Of a stretch of 64,000 nt of DNA, positions 61,296-64,000 are shown one piece after another (position 1 is the first letter of the stretch; each line of letters opens with the position of its first letter). This DNA is from Mustelus asterias (lineage: Eukaryota). The stretch is taken from contig NC_135820.1 in assembly GCF_964213995.1 (NCBI RefSeq), positions 434,001 to 498,000 on the forward strand. The letters are read 5' to 3'. The notes under the pieces were generated by a model, which saw only the letters and a program-made list of their open reading frames with translations, had not been told where the DNA came from and did not search any database. The translations under genes and the position numbers were made by a program.

Positions 61296-61470
61296 AGTTA
61301 CATTTCCTCTATGTTTAAAATATTGGCAACACATCAGCTGGCACTTTGTCCATGGTTGTGATATTGGTAATCCGAGCGGTTTTATTAGCTGCGTTTGCCA
61401 TGTTGCTCAGAAGAAATTTGGTGAAAGGTGTTTTCCAACCCACCATCCCTCTCATGCCAAGAAGTAACAA

Positions 61471-62752
61471 GGGGCGGAATTCTCCCCCAAAAATTCTCAG
61501 CGTTGAATTTGCCTGAAAACTGCAGTAATTCACACTGTTTTTTTCCAGTGGGACTTCAGAGACGAATCTCCCACACTCTGTGCACTGCAGAGGCCACCAC
61601 CGTGAATATCATTACATTTCAGGGGGTGGGGCCTATCCCCGCTAGTGTCACTAAATAGAGTGATCCTTGGGGACTGTGTCACTAAATAGAGTGATCCTTG
61701 GGGACTGTGTCACTAAATAGAGTGATCCTTGGGGATTGTGTCACTAAATAGAGTGATCCTTGGGGATTGTGTCACTAAATAGAGTGATCCTTGGGGATTG
61801 TGTCATTATTTAGAGTGATCCTTGTGGATTGTGTCACTATTTAGAGTGATCCTTGTGGATTGTGTCACTATTTAGAGTGATCCTTGGGGATTGTGTCACT
61901 ATTTAGAGTGATCCTTGGGATTGTGTCACTATTTAGAGTGATCCTTGGGGATTGTGTCACTATTTAGAGTGATCCTTGGGGACTGTGTCACTAAATAGAG
62001 TGATCCTTGGGGATTGTGTCACTATTTAGAGTGATCCTTGGGGATTGTGTCACTATTTAGAGTGATCCTTGGGGATTGTGTCACTATTTAGAGTGATCCT
62101 TGGGGATTGTGTCACTATTTAGAGTGATCCTTGTGGATTGTGTCACTATTTAGAGTGATCCTCTAAATTAGTGACACTCTATTTAGTGAAAGCAGCGCGC
62201 TGAGTGGGCCACTGTGCATGTGCCAATCTGTCAGTGCCGAGATCGACATATGAGCAGTGCCCCCACGCTGCCGGCCTCTCGATCGCTGGCCAGTTTGATC
62301 GCTAGCCAGTCCCACGACCTCTGCAATGCCAGCTCTCTGCACCCCCCCCCCTCCACCCCCCGCGGCCCGATCGCTGGCCCCCCTGACTATTCCCAAGCCC
62401 AACACCCCCACCGATTTGCCCCCCTGACAGTAAACCTCCCCCTCCCCGCACCCCCCCCCTCCCCCCCTCCCCCCCCCCCCCCCCCCCCCCCCCCCGGCCA
62501 TAAGCAGGCAGACCACATCCCCCTCCCCGGCTAACCCCTGATGGGCAGTGCCAAGATGCTCCCTGAGCATTGGCACTTTGCTCCTTGGACAGTGCCAGAG
62601 GGCACAGGCTGGCACTGCCAAGGTGCCAATGTCCAGGGAGCACCCCCTGCCGCCCGACCCTTTGGGGGGTTCCGATTGCCCCCCTTCACTCCAGCAAGGT
62701 CGAGCCGCGAATTCCCGGTTTGTGGGGAGCTTGTGTTATCCCCACTGGAGTG
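61471..62752. mobile_element. MITE (family of 6853/32462), right end cut by a CR1
   Basis: ggggcggaattctccc start; internal similarity to the other copies. Confidence 0.75.
61644..62190. repeat. 31-bp tandem array (TGTGTCACTAWWTAGAGTGATCCTTGGGGAY)n, ~17 copies, closed by inverted partial units
   Basis: Directly visible; period 31 (actaaatag at 61681 and 61712). Confidence 0.95.
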
Positions 62753-64000
62753 AACAAGAACAAAGAACAATACAGCACAGGAACAGGCCCTTCGGCCCTC
62801 CAAGCCCGCGCCGCTCCCTGGTCCAAACTAGACCATTCTTTTGTATCCCTCCATTCCCACTCCGTTCATATGGCTATCTAGACAAGTCTTAAACGTTCCC
62901 AGTGTGTCCGACTCCACCACCTTGCCCGGCAGCGCATTCCAGGCCCCCACCACCCTCTGTGTAAAATACGTCCTTCTGATATCCGTGTTAAACCTTGCCC
63001 CCCTCACCTTGAACCTATGACCCCTCGTGAACGTCACCACTGACCTGGGAAAAAGCTTCCCACCGTTCACCCTATCTATGCCTTTCATAATTTTATACAC
63101 CTCTATTAGGTCACCCCTCATCCTCCGTCTTTCCAGTGAGAACAACCCCAGTTTACTCAATCTCTCCTCATAACTAAGCCCCTCCATACCAGGCAACATC
63201 CTGGTAAACGTCCTCTGCACTCTCTCTAAAGCCTCCACGTCCTTCTGGTAGTGCGGCGACCAGAACTGGACGCAGTATTCCAAATGCGGCCGAACCAACG
63301 TTCTATACAACTGCAACATCAGACCCCAACTTTTATACTCTATGCCCCGTCCTATAAAGGCAAGCATGCCATATGCCTTATTCACTACCTCCTCCACCTG
63401 TGACGTCACCTTCAAGGATCTGTGAACTTGCACACCCAGGTCCCTCTGTGTATCTACACCTTTTATGGTTAACATAGAACATAGAACAGTACAGCACAGA
63501 ACAGGCCCTTCGGCCCACGATGTTGTGCCGAGCTTTATCTGAAACCAAGATCAAGCTATCCCACTCCCTATCATCCTGGTGTGCTCCATGTGCCTATCCA
63601 ATAACCGCTTAAATGTTCCTCGAGTGTCTGACTCCACTATCACTGCAGGCAGTCCATTCCACACCCAACCACTCTCTGCATAAAGAACCTACCTCTGATA
63701 TCCTTCCTATATCTCCCACCACGAACCCTATAGTAATGCCCCAATGGTTCTGCCATTTATCGTATAGCTCCCCCCTACATTAGTTCTACCAAAATGCATC
63801 ACTTCGCATTTATCTGGATTGAACTCCATCTGCCATTTCCTTGCCCAAATTTCCAGCCTATCTATATCCTTCTGTAGCCTCTGACAATGTTCCTCACTAT
63901 TTGCAAGTCCAGCCATTTTCGTGTCGTCCGCAAACTTACTGATCACCCCAGTTACACCTTCTTCCAGATCGTTTATATAAATCACAAACAGCAGAGGTCC
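62753..64000 (-). mobile_element. CR1 LINE running off the window, with a nested CR1 3' fragment (~63471-63745)
   Basis: ORFs 62828-63475 and 63728-63985 with RT motifs; two 3' tails. Confidence 0.9.

Overview
Eukaryotic, repeat-rich DNA from a cartilaginous fish, probably a shark. The evidence is HE1-type V-SINEs, DeuSINE-like elements, abundant CR1 LINEs, Rex1/Babar and Penelope-like elements. The only host genes are two tandem Siglec-like (sialic-acid-binding Ig-like lectin) paralogues on the + strand. The first is represented by its 3' end (TM exon 262-358, cytoplasmic exon 5476-5665). The second is apparently complete (~27.4-60.7 kb): one leader exon, THREE tandem V-set exons (31942-32307, 35873-36241, 36703-37068), two C2-set exons, a TM exon and an ITIM + TxYxxL tail exon. 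The main candidate for a new system is this V-exon cassette. Each V exon begins with the tail of the signal peptide, is phase 1-1, keeps the essential sialic-acid-binding Arg and differs mainly in the ligand-specificity loops. This suggests alternative or mutually exclusive V choice onto a shared constant/signalling region; that is an inference, as no transcript data are available here. Other notable items: a frameshift removing the distal tyrosine motif of the upstream paralogue; a truncated class III/spuma- or loki-like provirus with an in-frame gag UGA-CUG pro junction inside a 33-bp satellite; Penelope-associated hammerhead ribozyme motifs (one split by a 9-kb satellite+CR1 block, two in a fold-back element with a 16-bp TSD); a young full-length CR1 preceded by a 20-bp array that contains a ~99.5% identical 5'-truncated copy of itself; a solo LTR; a decayed Gypsy element; MITEs; and N gaps at 50.8-51.9 kb. 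Repeat boundaries were read by eye and are approximate.
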